Below, in pieces: positions 17,246-27,126 of a stretch of DNA of 27,126 bases (positions are counted from its first letter, which is position 1; each line of letters opens with the position of its first letter). The stretch is from Pseudomonadota bacterium (lineage in GTDB: Bacteria > Bdellovibrionota > FAC87 > UBA2466): contig JAYUGC010000126.1 in the NCBI GenBank assembly GCA_043767805.1, positions 1 through 27,126 of the forward strand. Direction: 5' to 3'. Below the pieces are notes generated by a model. The model was given only the letters and a program-made list of their open reading frames with translations, ran no database searches and had not been told where the DNA came from. Both the position numbers and the translations under genes were made by a program.

Positions 17246-17984
17246 TCTCATGACTCCTACGGCTTACGGAAAGCTCGGCGAGTTTTCGTGACGCGGTCTC
17301 CGCTACCTCCTCTTTCGGAAATCGTTTCATGATTTCCTTCAGAGCGTCGGTCGCCTGAGGCGTTTGTCCCATGCTCAGCAGAGCCATGGCCCGGTGGTAA
17401 GACACCTCCGGAATTCGAAAACTAAACGGGTATTTCGTTTCGAGCAGCTGTGCCGCCACTATCACCAGCCCGTACTCCTTGTTATCGTAATGGGCTTTGG
17501 CGATCTGGTACTGCGCTCGATCCGAGTACACGTGGTCGGGATTTTCCTTCAAGAACCGTCTGAACTTATCGATGGCTTCGTCGAATTTGCGGTCTTTCGC
17601 GAGCTGAAGTCCCTGACGGTAAAGATGGAGTCCCTCGTGACGAGAGTCGACGACCAGCTCGGTCTCTTCTCTCGCCCCGCCCTCTTCCTCGTTCCCCTGG
17701 CCTGCGCCCTCGGGGGTCAGTTTAGTTATCGGCAAATTCGCGCGTTTCCTCATTTTGCCGCGCGGCGTGGATGGCTTGGGGGCGACGGCGGGCCTAACGC
17801 TGTCCGTCATTCCGTCCATCCGGGCGGCTAGCCGCTCCTGATAAGATTTGGTCTCTTGGACCTGCGCTTCCAGCGAAGAAAGACGCGCGTCCAGCAGAAC
17901 CATGGGGTCCGGGCCTAAGCTCTTCTGCGAGCTGCACGAGGCCAAGAACAGTACGGACATCGAGGTGAAAGCTTTCTGAAGCAT
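17214..17984 (-). CDS. YbgF/CpoB-like TPR lipoprotein
   Basis: Lipobox LASC after MLQKAFTSMSVLF, a coiled coil, then TPRs (YRQGL...AIDKFRRFLKENPDHVYSDRAQY, KRFPKEEVA). Confidence 0.8.
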   Translation of the reverse strand: MLQKAFTSMSVLFLASCSSQKSLGPDPMVLLDARLSSLEAQVQETKSYQERLAARMDGMTDSVRPAVAPKPSTPRGKMRKRANLPITKLTPEGAGQGNEEEGGAREETELVVDSRHEGLHLYRQGLQLAKDRKFDEAIDKFRRFLKENPDHVYSDRAQYQIAKAHYDNKEYGLVIVAAQLLETKYPFSFRIPEVSYHRAMALLSMGQTPQATDALKEIMKRFPKEEVAETASRKLAELSVSRRSHENVPLLPEAGT

Positions 17985-17990
17985 GTTATT

Positions 17991-17996
17991 ATTGTA
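17991..17996 (-). promoter_or_regulatory. -10 box TACAAT six nt before the ATG (leaderless candidate)
   Basis: TACAAT-AATAAC-ATG(17984) in the AT-rich divergent gap. No SD. Confidence 0.5.
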
Positions 17997-18027
17997 CCGC
18001 TTCTCTCTGAAAAATAATTGCTTACTC

Positions 18028-19347
18028 ATGCTTGAACGAATCGACATGGAACGGATCCGGCGCGTGTTGCGCCACCTGGGTTTCGAGTCCTGGGAAATCT
18101 ACGCCGAGACTCGCACGGTTACGCGCGTGACGGCGGAAGACCGCTTGATCGCCACTCGCTCGGCGACCACCGCCGGACTTTCGTTGCGAGTGAGCGGCGT
18201 CGGCGGCACGCGGCAGTTCTCGACGTGCCGTCTCGATACCGAAGGCATTCTCGCCGCGCTCTCCGAAACGGAAGCGCCCGCCGCGCCGACGACTCTCGCC
18301 GAGCCCGCGGCGCTCGAAGCGATGGAAACGAAATCGCAGAGACTCAATCAGCTCGTGCGCGGCACCTGGATCGATTCCGAAGGCGTGCGGCTGCATCAGC
18401 TTTGCTTTGATTCCGAGCTGCGCGACTTCGAAACGGTCGGCCCCGACGGCATCATCGCCCGTGGGCAGGAAGAATGGGCGGGCGCGACGGCGGAATGGAC
18501 CGTCGATCGGGAAGGCAAGCCGGTCGCCGCACGCGAAGAGCTTTGGGCCTCCAGCCTCGATACCTTTTTGGAAATCTGGGAACAGAGAAATCCGTTTCGC
18601 GCGCGCACGCACCGCTTGCTCCGGCAGACAAATCCCTGGCCCGCGCCCCAAGGCGAAGTGCCGGTATACTGGTCGTCGGCGGCCATCGGTCGGCTCTCGC
18701 ACTTATTCTTGCGGGCGTTTGAAGGCGATCTGGTTCTCGACAACCTCTCCTTTTTGACCGACGTCGCGCTTCCTTTGAGTCTCCCTTTCTCGCTCACGGA
18801 GACCGTGCCCGCCGAAGGAAGTTTCGATCACGAAGGCGCACCCCGGCGCGCGGTCCCGCTTTTTCGAGAAGGTCAGCCTCGCTCGCTCGCGTGCAACCGC
18901 CGCGTGGCCGAAGCGATGTCGGTGGCGAGCACGGGGCATTGCCGCCGCCAGTCCTATCTGCACCCGCCCCAGGTCGGCCTTTGGCACCCCGTACTTACCG
19001 GTAATAAGGTAGTGCCCTCGCCCCTCTCGCAGCTGTCTTGGGGGCTCGGGATCGGAGATTTCGCGGTGGAGTCTTTCGACCCTTCCACGGGAGACGCGGT
19101 GTTACTTCTCACTGATGCCCGGCTCATTCATCAGGGCGAGCTGGGCGAAGCCATCGAAGTGCTGCGGTGGTCCACGAACGTTTTGACTCTGCTCGGGTCG
19201 ATCTCGTCCTTCTGCGATACGCCCGAGACTTTCGGCTTTCCCATCCTTAAGAAGGGGAGCCGCTGGGTGATTCAGCTTTCGGCCCCGTCCGCCATATCCC
19301 CGGCCCTTCACATTCCGGGCGCGGTCCCGCCCAGCCATTACTGGTGA
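18028..19347 (+). CDS. TldD/PmbA family protein, divergent and lacking the HExxxH metal motif
   Basis: N-terminal EIYAE...GLSLRV, P.GEVPVY, AFEGD.V....SF, FDHEG.P, STGHCRRQSY.HPP, GELGEAI. Confidence 0.8.
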   Translation: MLERIDMERIRRVLRHLGFESWEIYAETRTVTRVTAEDRLIATRSATTAGLSLRVSGVGGTRQFSTCRLDTEGILAALSETEAPAAPTTLAEPAALEAMETKSQRLNQLVRGTWIDSEGVRLHQLCFDSELRDFETVGPDGIIARGQEEWAGATAEWTVDREGKPVAAREELWASSLDTFLEIWEQRNPFRARTHRLLRQTNPWPAPQGEVPVYWSSAAIGRLSHLFLRAFEGDLVLDNLSFLTDVALPLSLPFSLTETVPAEGSFDHEGAPRRAVPLFREGQPRSLACNRRVAEAMSVASTGHCRRQSYLHPPQVGLWHPVLTGNKVVPSPLSQLSWGLGIGDFAVESFDPSTGDAVLLLTDARLIHQGELGEAIEVLRWSTNVLTLLGSISSFCDTPETFGFPILKKGSRWVIQLSAPSAISPALHIPGAVPPSHYW

Positions 19348-19392
19348 GCCCGGCCTCCTCTTCAAGTAACCTCGACCCCGCGCTTCGCGCGT

Positions 19393-19560
19393 TCGATCCG
19401 GGCCCGGTCTCTGGTTGCTGGTACGAGGTAATCCATTAGATCTCTCCCTTGCGGACTGATCGTTAACGGCAGTCCGATCTTAATGAGGAGTCTGTGAGGC
19501 TAAGATCAAAATAGCCTACCTCGGTCCAGCATCCAGCAACCAGTGACCGGCCCGGATCGA
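19393..19560. ncRNA. Unassigned structured element (candidate ncRNA or miniature inverted-repeat element)
   Basis: 19393-19421 pairs with 19533-19560 (one bulge, one T-T). CGAGGTA pairs with TACCTCG. Inner helices are CATTAGATC/GATCTTAATG, CGGACTG/CAGTCCG and GGCTA/TAGCC. Confidence 0.55.
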
Positions 19561-19613
19561 CTGGTCCCACCTGCCGTTTGGCGTTTGACGGCTCGCCATG
19601 CTATATCGTCCCG

Positions 19614-19832
19614 ATGTTTGCCATCGTGGACAAGATCGATAAAGCTATGGAAACGCAGAAGAAGTGCACCCTCATCGATAAGATGGGACGTCATCTCCAT
19701 GGCACCGTTCTCGATACTTGGGTGATGCATTCGGGCGGCAAGCTCCGCGGAAAAGTGAAATTCCGTTCGGAGGAAATGGGCGACGTCGAAGTCGATGCGA
19801 ACGACGTGCTCGATCTAATCGTTCCTAAGTAA
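19614..19832 (+). CDS. Small hypothetical protein (72 aa), possible Sm-like/Rof-like fold
   Basis: MFAIVDKIDKAMETQKKCTLIDKMGRHLHGTVLDT...DVEVDANDVLDLIVPK. Its stop abuts the AAGGAGG SD of ald. The fold is inferred from a helix plus five-strand pattern only. Confidence 0.7.
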   Translation: MFAIVDKIDKAMETQKKCTLIDKMGRHLHGTVLDTWVMHSGGKLRGKVKFRSEEMGDVEVDANDVLDLIVPK

Positions 19833-19843
19833 GGAGGCTTTCG

Positions 19844-20959
19844 GTGATTGTCGGAGTGCCAAAAGAAATCAAGAATCGCGAGAACCGGGTCGGCATGCTT
19901 CCCACGGGAGTGAGAGCGCTTACCGCCGCCGGACACAAAGTTTTAGTTCAGAAGAACGCGGGCCTGGGCAGCGGAATTCCGAACGAGGCGTTCGAGGCCG
20001 CGGGCGCGAAAATGCTCGATTCCGCGAGCGACATCTGGGCGGCCGACATGGTCGTGAAAGTGAAGGAGCCTCTCGAAACGGAGTTCACTCACCTTCGTCC
20101 CGGACAAATTCTTTTCACCTACCTACATCTCGCGGCGGAACGGCGGCTCACCGAAGAGCTCATCGAGAAAAAAGTCACTGCCATTGCTTACGAGACGATT
20201 CAGGAAGCCAACAATAATTTGCCGCTCCTTCGCCCCATGAGCGAAGTGGCCGGCCGCATGTCGGTGCAAGTCGGCGCCTACTACCTGCAAAGCAGCTGGG
20301 GCAGCGATCAAGCCGGCCGCGGCGTGCTTCTCGGCGGCGTTCCCGGCGTGCTTCCCGGGCGCGTCACCGTCATCGGCGGCGGCGTCGCCGGCTGTAACGC
20401 GGCTCAAGTCGCTCTCGGCATGGGAGCCATCGTCACCATTTTAGACATCGACCCGAAACGGCTCGAGTACCTCGATCACGTGCTTAAAGGCCGCTGCCTC
20501 ACTTTGATGTCGAACATCGACAATATCGACGAGAGCGTCTCCAAGGCGGACTTGGTCATTGGCTCCGTGCTCGTTCCGGGAGCGCGCGCACCGAAGCTCG
20601 TCAGTGAAAAAACGATCATGAAGATGGCTCCCGGCACGGTGGTCGTCGACATCGCGGTGGACCAGGGCGGTTGCATCGAGACCTGCCGTCCGACCTCGCA
20701 CGAAGCGCCTACTTTCGTTAAGCACGGCGTGACTCATTATTGCGTCACCAACATGCCGGGCGCGGTGGCCAGAACGTCCACCTTCGCGCTGACCAACGTC
20801 ACCCTTCCCTACGCGCTTAAGATAGCGAACCAGGGTCCGGAGGCGGCCGGCCGCGGGCACGGTCCGTTGCGCCTCGGTTTCAATACGATTCAGGGCAAGC
20901 TGGTACATGAATCGGTGTCTCAATCGCACAACCTTCCGTTCACGAAGCTGGAACTGTAA
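19844..20959 (+). CDS. ald: Alanine dehydrogenase
   Basis: MIVGVPKEIKNRENRV, KVKEP, FTYLHLAA, MSEVAGR, GGGVAG, DIAVDQGGC, HYCVTNMPGAV. Confidence 0.97.
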   Translation: MIVGVPKEIKNRENRVGMLPTGVRALTAAGHKVLVQKNAGLGSGIPNEAFEAAGAKMLDSASDIWAADMVVKVKEPLETEFTHLRPGQILFTYLHLAAERRLTEELIEKKVTAIAYETIQEANNNLPLLRPMSEVAGRMSVQVGAYYLQSSWGSDQAGRGVLLGGVPGVLPGRVTVIGGGVAGCNAAQVALGMGAIVTILDIDPKRLEYLDHVLKGRCLTLMSNIDNIDESVSKADLVIGSVLVPGARAPKLVSEKTIMKMAPGTVVVDIAVDQGGCIETCRPTSHEAPTFVKHGVTHYCVTNMPGAVARTSTFALTNVTLPYALKIANQGPEAAGRGHGPLRLGFNTIQGKLVHESVSQSHNLPFTKLEL

Positions 20960-20964
20960 GCTTC

Positions 20965-23687
<2,723 letters not shown>

Positions 23688-23707
23688 AAAATCTACTTTT
23701 AAGTAGC

Positions 23708-24694
23708 TCAAGTGAGGGCGGCGAGGTCGCGGATGAGCTTAGGGCCCTGGTAAACGAACGAGGTGTAAACCTCGATCAGGTCGGCGCCCGCCGCGCGAAA
23801 GGCCCGCGCATCAGCGAGACTCGAGATGCCCCCTACCCCGATGACTAGTTTATGGGCAGGCAGATGCCGGCGAGCCAAACTGACGCACTCGAGCGAGCGC
23901 TCTCTCAGAGGCGGTCCCGAAAGGCCGCCTGCCGGCGCCTGGAGAATCTTTTCGGCGAGAGTGCGCGAGGTATTGGTTAATACCGCGCCGGAAATTTTCC
24001 GGGACGCGCCGATGAATTTCAAGAGCTCTTCCAAAGAACCCGTCTCCAAGTCCGGAGAGAACTTCACGAGAACGGGGACTCCCGAAGGCACTACCCCTTC
24101 AAGAGCTTCCAAAAAGCCCAGGGTTTGCAATTTGACGAGCCCGGGCGTGTTGGGAGAGCTCAAGTTCACGACGAACCCGTCGACTACGTCACTAAGCGCT
24201 TGCATTCCCTTTTGGTAATCCGAGAGTGCGTCCTCCTCGGGCGTGATCTTATTTTTCCCGACGTTTCCCAGAAGGGGAAAACCCGGGAGGCGATTGCGGT
24301 AGCTCAGAATGTGCCGTCGAAACTCAGGGAGGCCGCAGTTATTGAACCCCATGTGATTGAGTAACGTCTGCCCGTCCCGCCGGAAGAGCCGCGGCTTCGG
24401 GTTTCCGCTCTGGGCAACGGGAGTCACGGTGCCTACTTCAATGAAACCGAAACCGAGCGTCGAGAGCGCGGCGAAAAGCTCGGCGTTCTTGTCAAAGCCC
24501 GCCGCGAGGCCGACGCGCGTGGCGAACTTCAATCGGGGCGCTCCGGAAAGAATCGTAAACACCTCCGGCGCCTTCGGAGCAAGTCCGGAAACATGAAAGC
24601 GGAGCCATTGCCATAGTCGCAAGCCAAGGGCGCCCATGCGATGAGCGGTTTCGGGGGGTAGACACAAAAGCAGGCGATGGACGATGCGCAACAT
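23708..24694 (-). CDS. pyrD: Quinone-dependent dihydroorotate dehydrogenase (class 2)
   Basis: PETAH, GLAAGFDKN, GTVTP..QSGNPKPRLFR, MGFNN, NLSSPNTPGL, TNT, GGLSG, GVGGI. Confidence 0.95.
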   Translation of the reverse strand: MLRIVHRLLLCLPPETAHRMGALGLRLWQWLRFHVSGLAPKAPEVFTILSGAPRLKFATRVGLAAGFDKNAELFAALSTLGFGFIEVGTVTPVAQSGNPKPRLFRRDGQTLLNHMGFNNCGLPEFRRHILSYRNRLPGFPLLGNVGKNKITPEEDALSDYQKGMQALSDVVDGFVVNLSSPNTPGLVKLQTLGFLEALEGVVPSGVPVLVKFSPDLETGSLEELLKFIGASRKISGAVLTNTSRTLAEKILQAPAGGLSGPPLRERSLECVSLARRHLPAHKLVIGVGGISSLADARAFRAAGADLIEVYTSFVYQGPKLIRDLAALT

Positions 24695-24717
24695 GGCATC
24701 CAGAGTCTAGCAGCCCG

Positions 24718-25779
24718 TTAGAGCTGGTTCAAAAGAAGACTGGCGATACCGCCCGCGCCGATGACGGCCCAGGAAGGCGCGCGCCACTTGAGAGATACGA
24801 AGGACAAAACCGCAAAGATCACCCCGGCCCGCCGGTTAGTCACCACGGTGAAGCCGAAAACCACGCTCGCGGCGAGAATGCAGCCGATGACGGTCGGGAT
24901 CGCGCCCTGCTGAAATTTTCCGAGAAAGGGCGTGCCCATGAGCTTCTTTCTTAGGAGCGGCAAGAGCCCCAAAACGATGATCGCTCCGGGCAAGTAAATA
25001 CCGGCGGTCGCCGCAAGCGATCCTAGAAGGCCGAGCGCCCGGTAGCCGATGAAGACCGCGCAAATCGTAATGGGGCCGGGAGTGATTTGGCCGAATGCGA
25101 CGGCGTCCAGAAACTGCCCTTGAGTGAGCCACCGGTAAACTTCCACCGTCTCATGCTGGAGAAGAGGAACGATGGCGAGACCGGTTCCGAAGGTAAAGGC
25201 CCCGGCCTTGAAATGAACCCAAAAGAGCGGCAATAAAACGGAAGCTTGGCGGTGGAGCGTTTTTCCCGCAAGCACCATGGCGAGCCCCCCGGCCAGGATG
25301 ATGAGGGGCTCACCGCGCGGCCAAACCCACATGAAGATCGCGCCGGCCATGGCAAACGCCCAGGCCTGGGCCGATTCCCGGTACGGGCGTCCCATGCGCA
25401 GCACGCTATCGATGATGACGACGAGGGCTCCCGCCCGAAGCCCTTCCGCCACGATTTCAAAACCGCTGAGCCGTTGCACGCTCGCATAAAAAATGCTCAA
25501 GGCGAGCATCATCAAGAAAGAAGGAAAGATGAAGGCGAGCCCCGCGACCGCGCCGCCCACCCGGCCGCGCAGAAGAAAGCCGACCGAAAGCGCCATCTGA
25601 TAAGCGACGGGCCCGGGAAGCATTTTGCAGAGAACGAAAGACTCGTTGAATTGGGTGACCGAGAGCACTTTTCGTCTGTGGCAGAACTCCTGTTCCATCA
25701 TCGCGATGAGCGCAATGGGGCCGCCGAAGCCAGTGGCTCCGATGCGAAGAAAAACGGCGACGAGCTGGGAGAGGGACAT
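24718..25779 (-). CDS. chrA: Chromate ion transporter (CHR family, bidomain)
   Basis: FLRIGATGFGG, LPGP, FKAGAFTFGTG, FLDAVAFGQITPGP. Confidence 0.9.
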   Translation of the reverse strand: MSLSQLVAVFLRIGATGFGGPIALIAMMEQEFCHRRKVLSVTQFNESFVLCKMLPGPVAYQMALSVGFLLRGRVGGAVAGLAFIFPSFLMMLALSIFYASVQRLSGFEIVAEGLRAGALVVIIDSVLRMGRPYRESAQAWAFAMAGAIFMWVWPRGEPLIILAGGLAMVLAGKTLHRQASVLLPLFWVHFKAGAFTFGTGLAIVPLLQHETVEVYRWLTQGQFLDAVAFGQITPGPITICAVFIGYRALGLLGSLAATAGIYLPGAIIVLGLLPLLRKKLMGTPFLGKFQQGAIPTVIGCILAASVVFGFTVVTNRRAGVIFAVLSFVSLKWRAPSWAVIGAGGIASLLLNQL

Positions 25780-25811
25780 CGAAGAGGTAGGTTAGAGGAG
25801 GCGGAAGAATT

Positions 25812-25883
25812 AGGAAAGAAAAAGGTTCCCTTAAGGCGCGCGGGGCAAGCCGCGAGGCTTGGGCCGCGCGCCTTAAGGGAACC
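25812..25883 (-). terminator. Very long hairpin followed by a U-tract (intrinsic terminator and/or REP-like palindrome)
   Basis: 25824-25843 is perfectly complementary to 25864-25883 (20 bp), followed by a 2x2 mismatch, 6 bp and a 4-nt loop. The minus strand continues TTTTTCTTT. It begins 7 nt after the stop at 25891. Confidence 0.7.
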
Positions 25884-25890
25884 CAATCGA

Positions 25891-26454
25891 CTATCGCTGA
25901 CGAGCCACGAGGCGCCCGCATTCTCCTTCGGAGAGCGGTTCGGCACTCTTGTTCTTCAGCTCCATGCATTGAAAGAACACCCGCAGTTTATTGCCGCCAT
26001 CGGCGGTAACCACGGGCAATGGGAGCTTATCCTTGTTGCGCGACTTCGCCCAAGCTTCAGGCGCCACGCCGTGGACGACGTTCGTAGTCCGGGGCGCCTT
26101 CTTCTTGGGACTGCTCAACGCAACGGCCTCCTCAGTTACTGAGGATCCTGTTCCTTCGTCTTCGAAGAGGGAAGGTACGCCTTCCACTTCTGCAGACGCG
26201 ACTGAAGCTCCTTCACTCGATCGGTGAGCTTCAGGTCCTTTACCTTTGCCAGGATTTGATCTTTCACCATGCTGCCGTCCTTTGTGTGAGTTATTCGAGG
26301 AGCGCCCGGTGTTTCTCCCGGCGGGCCTCGAAGAGGTAGAGGAAGTAGACGCGTGCAGTCCGACCTCAGGCGCGATGGAATCAGTGCGGGGGAAATAAAT
26401 ATATGCCCCCACGATTCCCGCTAAAAATATAATGCCTAGGAAGGTATCTTTCAC
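25891..26454 (-). CDS. Hypothetical membrane-anchored protein with Ser-rich linker and small two-Cys C-terminal domain
   Basis: Strong SD GGAGGAGG before GTG 26454, N-terminal TM (FLGIIFLAGIVGAYIYF), low-complexity middle and RVFFQC...EC terminus. Confidence 0.75.
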   Translation of the reverse strand: MKDTFLGIIFLAGIVGAYIYFPRTDSIAPEVGLHASTSSTSSRPAGRNTGRSSNNSHKGRQHGERSNPGKGKGPEAHRSSEGASVASAEVEGVPSLFEDEGTGSSVTEEAVALSSPKKKAPRTTNVVHGVAPEAWAKSRNKDKLPLPVVTADGGNKLRVFFQCMELKNKSAEPLSEGECGRLVARQR

Positions 26455-26489
26455 AGTCAGCCTCCTCCGTTTCCCCGGATTTCCCCTTG

Positions 26490-26505
26490 TGCAACCTCCG
26501 CGCCA
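26490..26505 (-). promoter_or_regulatory. Sigma54 (-24/-12) promoter
   Basis: Minus strand TGGCGCG-GAGG-TTGCA against consensus TGGCACG-N4-TTGCW, with exact spacing, 35 nt upstream of the GTG. Confidence 0.7.
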
Positions 26506-26626
26506 CGCGAGTTCCCGCACGAGCGAACCACGGACGCGCCAATTCGTGGCCCATTTGGGGCGCTCGCGTCCCAAAGAACGTCACTTTGCCTGATTCTATG
26601 GACCGGTTCTCACCCCAATCGTTGGA

Positions 26627-26818
26627 TTACGAACCAAGACGTGCTCTGTGCTTCACCCGGCGAGGCGTCACTTTCCGAGAAGGTTCGCGCGCCGGATTTG
26701 TCGGCTCCACCAAGACCCGGAACGATTCACGCACGATGTCTTCCATCCGCCCTTCGGGAAATTTGCGCCGCAACCGATCCTGCAAAGTACGAAAGCTCTC
26801 ATCATAAGAGTAAATTTG
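26627..26818 (-). pseudogene. Probable mid-region fragment of the same type of HNH endonuclease gene
   Basis: Manual translation QIYSYDESFRTLQDRLRRKFPEGRMEDIVRESFRVLVEPTNPAREPSRKVTPRRVKHRARLGS*. From recall, it resembles the L.H.FP.G..EDI...A...L....DP segment that precedes the HNH domain in multicopy deltaproteobacterial HNH proteins. Confidence 0.5.
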
Positions 26819-26940
26819 GTTTGGGGGATCCGGATCAGGAAACCCAATTTTAGATATGTCTTCTAGTAGGAGCGGATGGCCGAGCTCCTAATAAGGAAGC
26901 GGTCGGATCGGGCCGGGACAAAAGGCAGCGGGGGCCGTTC

Positions 26941-27050
26941 GGCGCGGACTCCTCCCCGAGATCCCGCTGTCCTGGCTGGACACCGGTCACCCCGCCAGCG
27001 TCGGAAGGCAAGGGCGTCCAGTAACCCACCCACCCCCACGTTCCCCGGGG
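26941..27050. repeat. Dispersed non-coding repeat, copy B (related to 2072-2208)
   Basis: GGCGCGGAC...GTCACC..CCAGCGTCGGAAGGCAAGGGC...CGTTCCCCGGGG, the same block order as copy A. Confidence 0.65.
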
Positions 27051-27062
27051 CTCATCATTGAT

Positions 27063-27085
27063 CACTTATCGCGCTGCGATAAGTG
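27063..27085. repeat. Perfect inverted repeat CACTTATCGC-GCT-GCGATAAGTG
   Basis: 10-bp perfect arms with a 3-nt spacer and no U-tract. Confidence 0.6.
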
Positions 27086-27126
27086 TCTGCTGTGACTTCC
27101 CTTCGGGTTTATTTTCTAATGCCCCA

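Noticed and set aside
17983..18047. Head-to-head overlap of two ORFs as given in the track
   Set aside because: It disappears with the better-supported starts at 17984 (lipoprotein signal) and 18028.
19387..19403. tRNA T-loop-like GTTCGATCC
   Set aside because: The T-stem is imperfect, no cloverleaf or CCA can be built, and the bases pair better in the long stem.
19393..19560. 6S RNA, retron msr-msd or hammerhead ribozyme identity
   Set aside because: No large central bubble or usual 6S gene context, no reverse transcriptase in the window, and CTGTGA plus hairpin is not followed by the GAAA core.
26468..26486. CGTTTCCCCGGATTTCCCC resembling the palindromic motif
   Set aside because: Imperfect match lying in the purine-rich leader next to the SD of the 26454 gene; likely chance.
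26455..26574. 40-aa N-terminal extension of the 25891 ORF
   Set aside because: It spans the sigma54 promoter, and a strong SD supports GTG 26454.

Overview
GC-rich Gram-negative bacterial chromosome segment. Gene content and order suggest a Bdellovibrionota/deltaproteobacterial-type lineage (inference). The left two thirds are on the minus strand. One block runs cpoB-like lipoprotein, LysM protein, an inserted DUF2157 / GDYXXLXY / SGNH trio, short dprA, smg-like and topA. A second block runs outer-membrane barrel, biotin carrier, HMG-CoA lyase, enoyl-CoA hydratase, carboxyltransferase, two MlaF, two MlaE, MlaD, a second barrel and a truncated membrane sensor-like gene. The right third has a TldD/PmbA-like gene, a small Sm/Rof-like ORF, ald, a GT2 and ligA on plus, then pyrD, a chromate transporter and a sigma54-preceded hypothetical on minus. 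Three signals are most unusual. (1) A 168-nt highly structured intergenic element (19393-19560) lies directly upstream of the small Sm-fold-like gene. (2) Two unannotated HNH-endonuclease-family relics and a shared non-coding repeat with a CGTTCCCCGGG palindromic motif are spread over three intergenic sites. (3) The MCE transporter has two ATPases whose complementary degenerate motifs map to one composite ATP site. No CRISPR, rRNA, tRNA or intact transposase was seen. All family assignments come from motif recognition by eye, not database searches.
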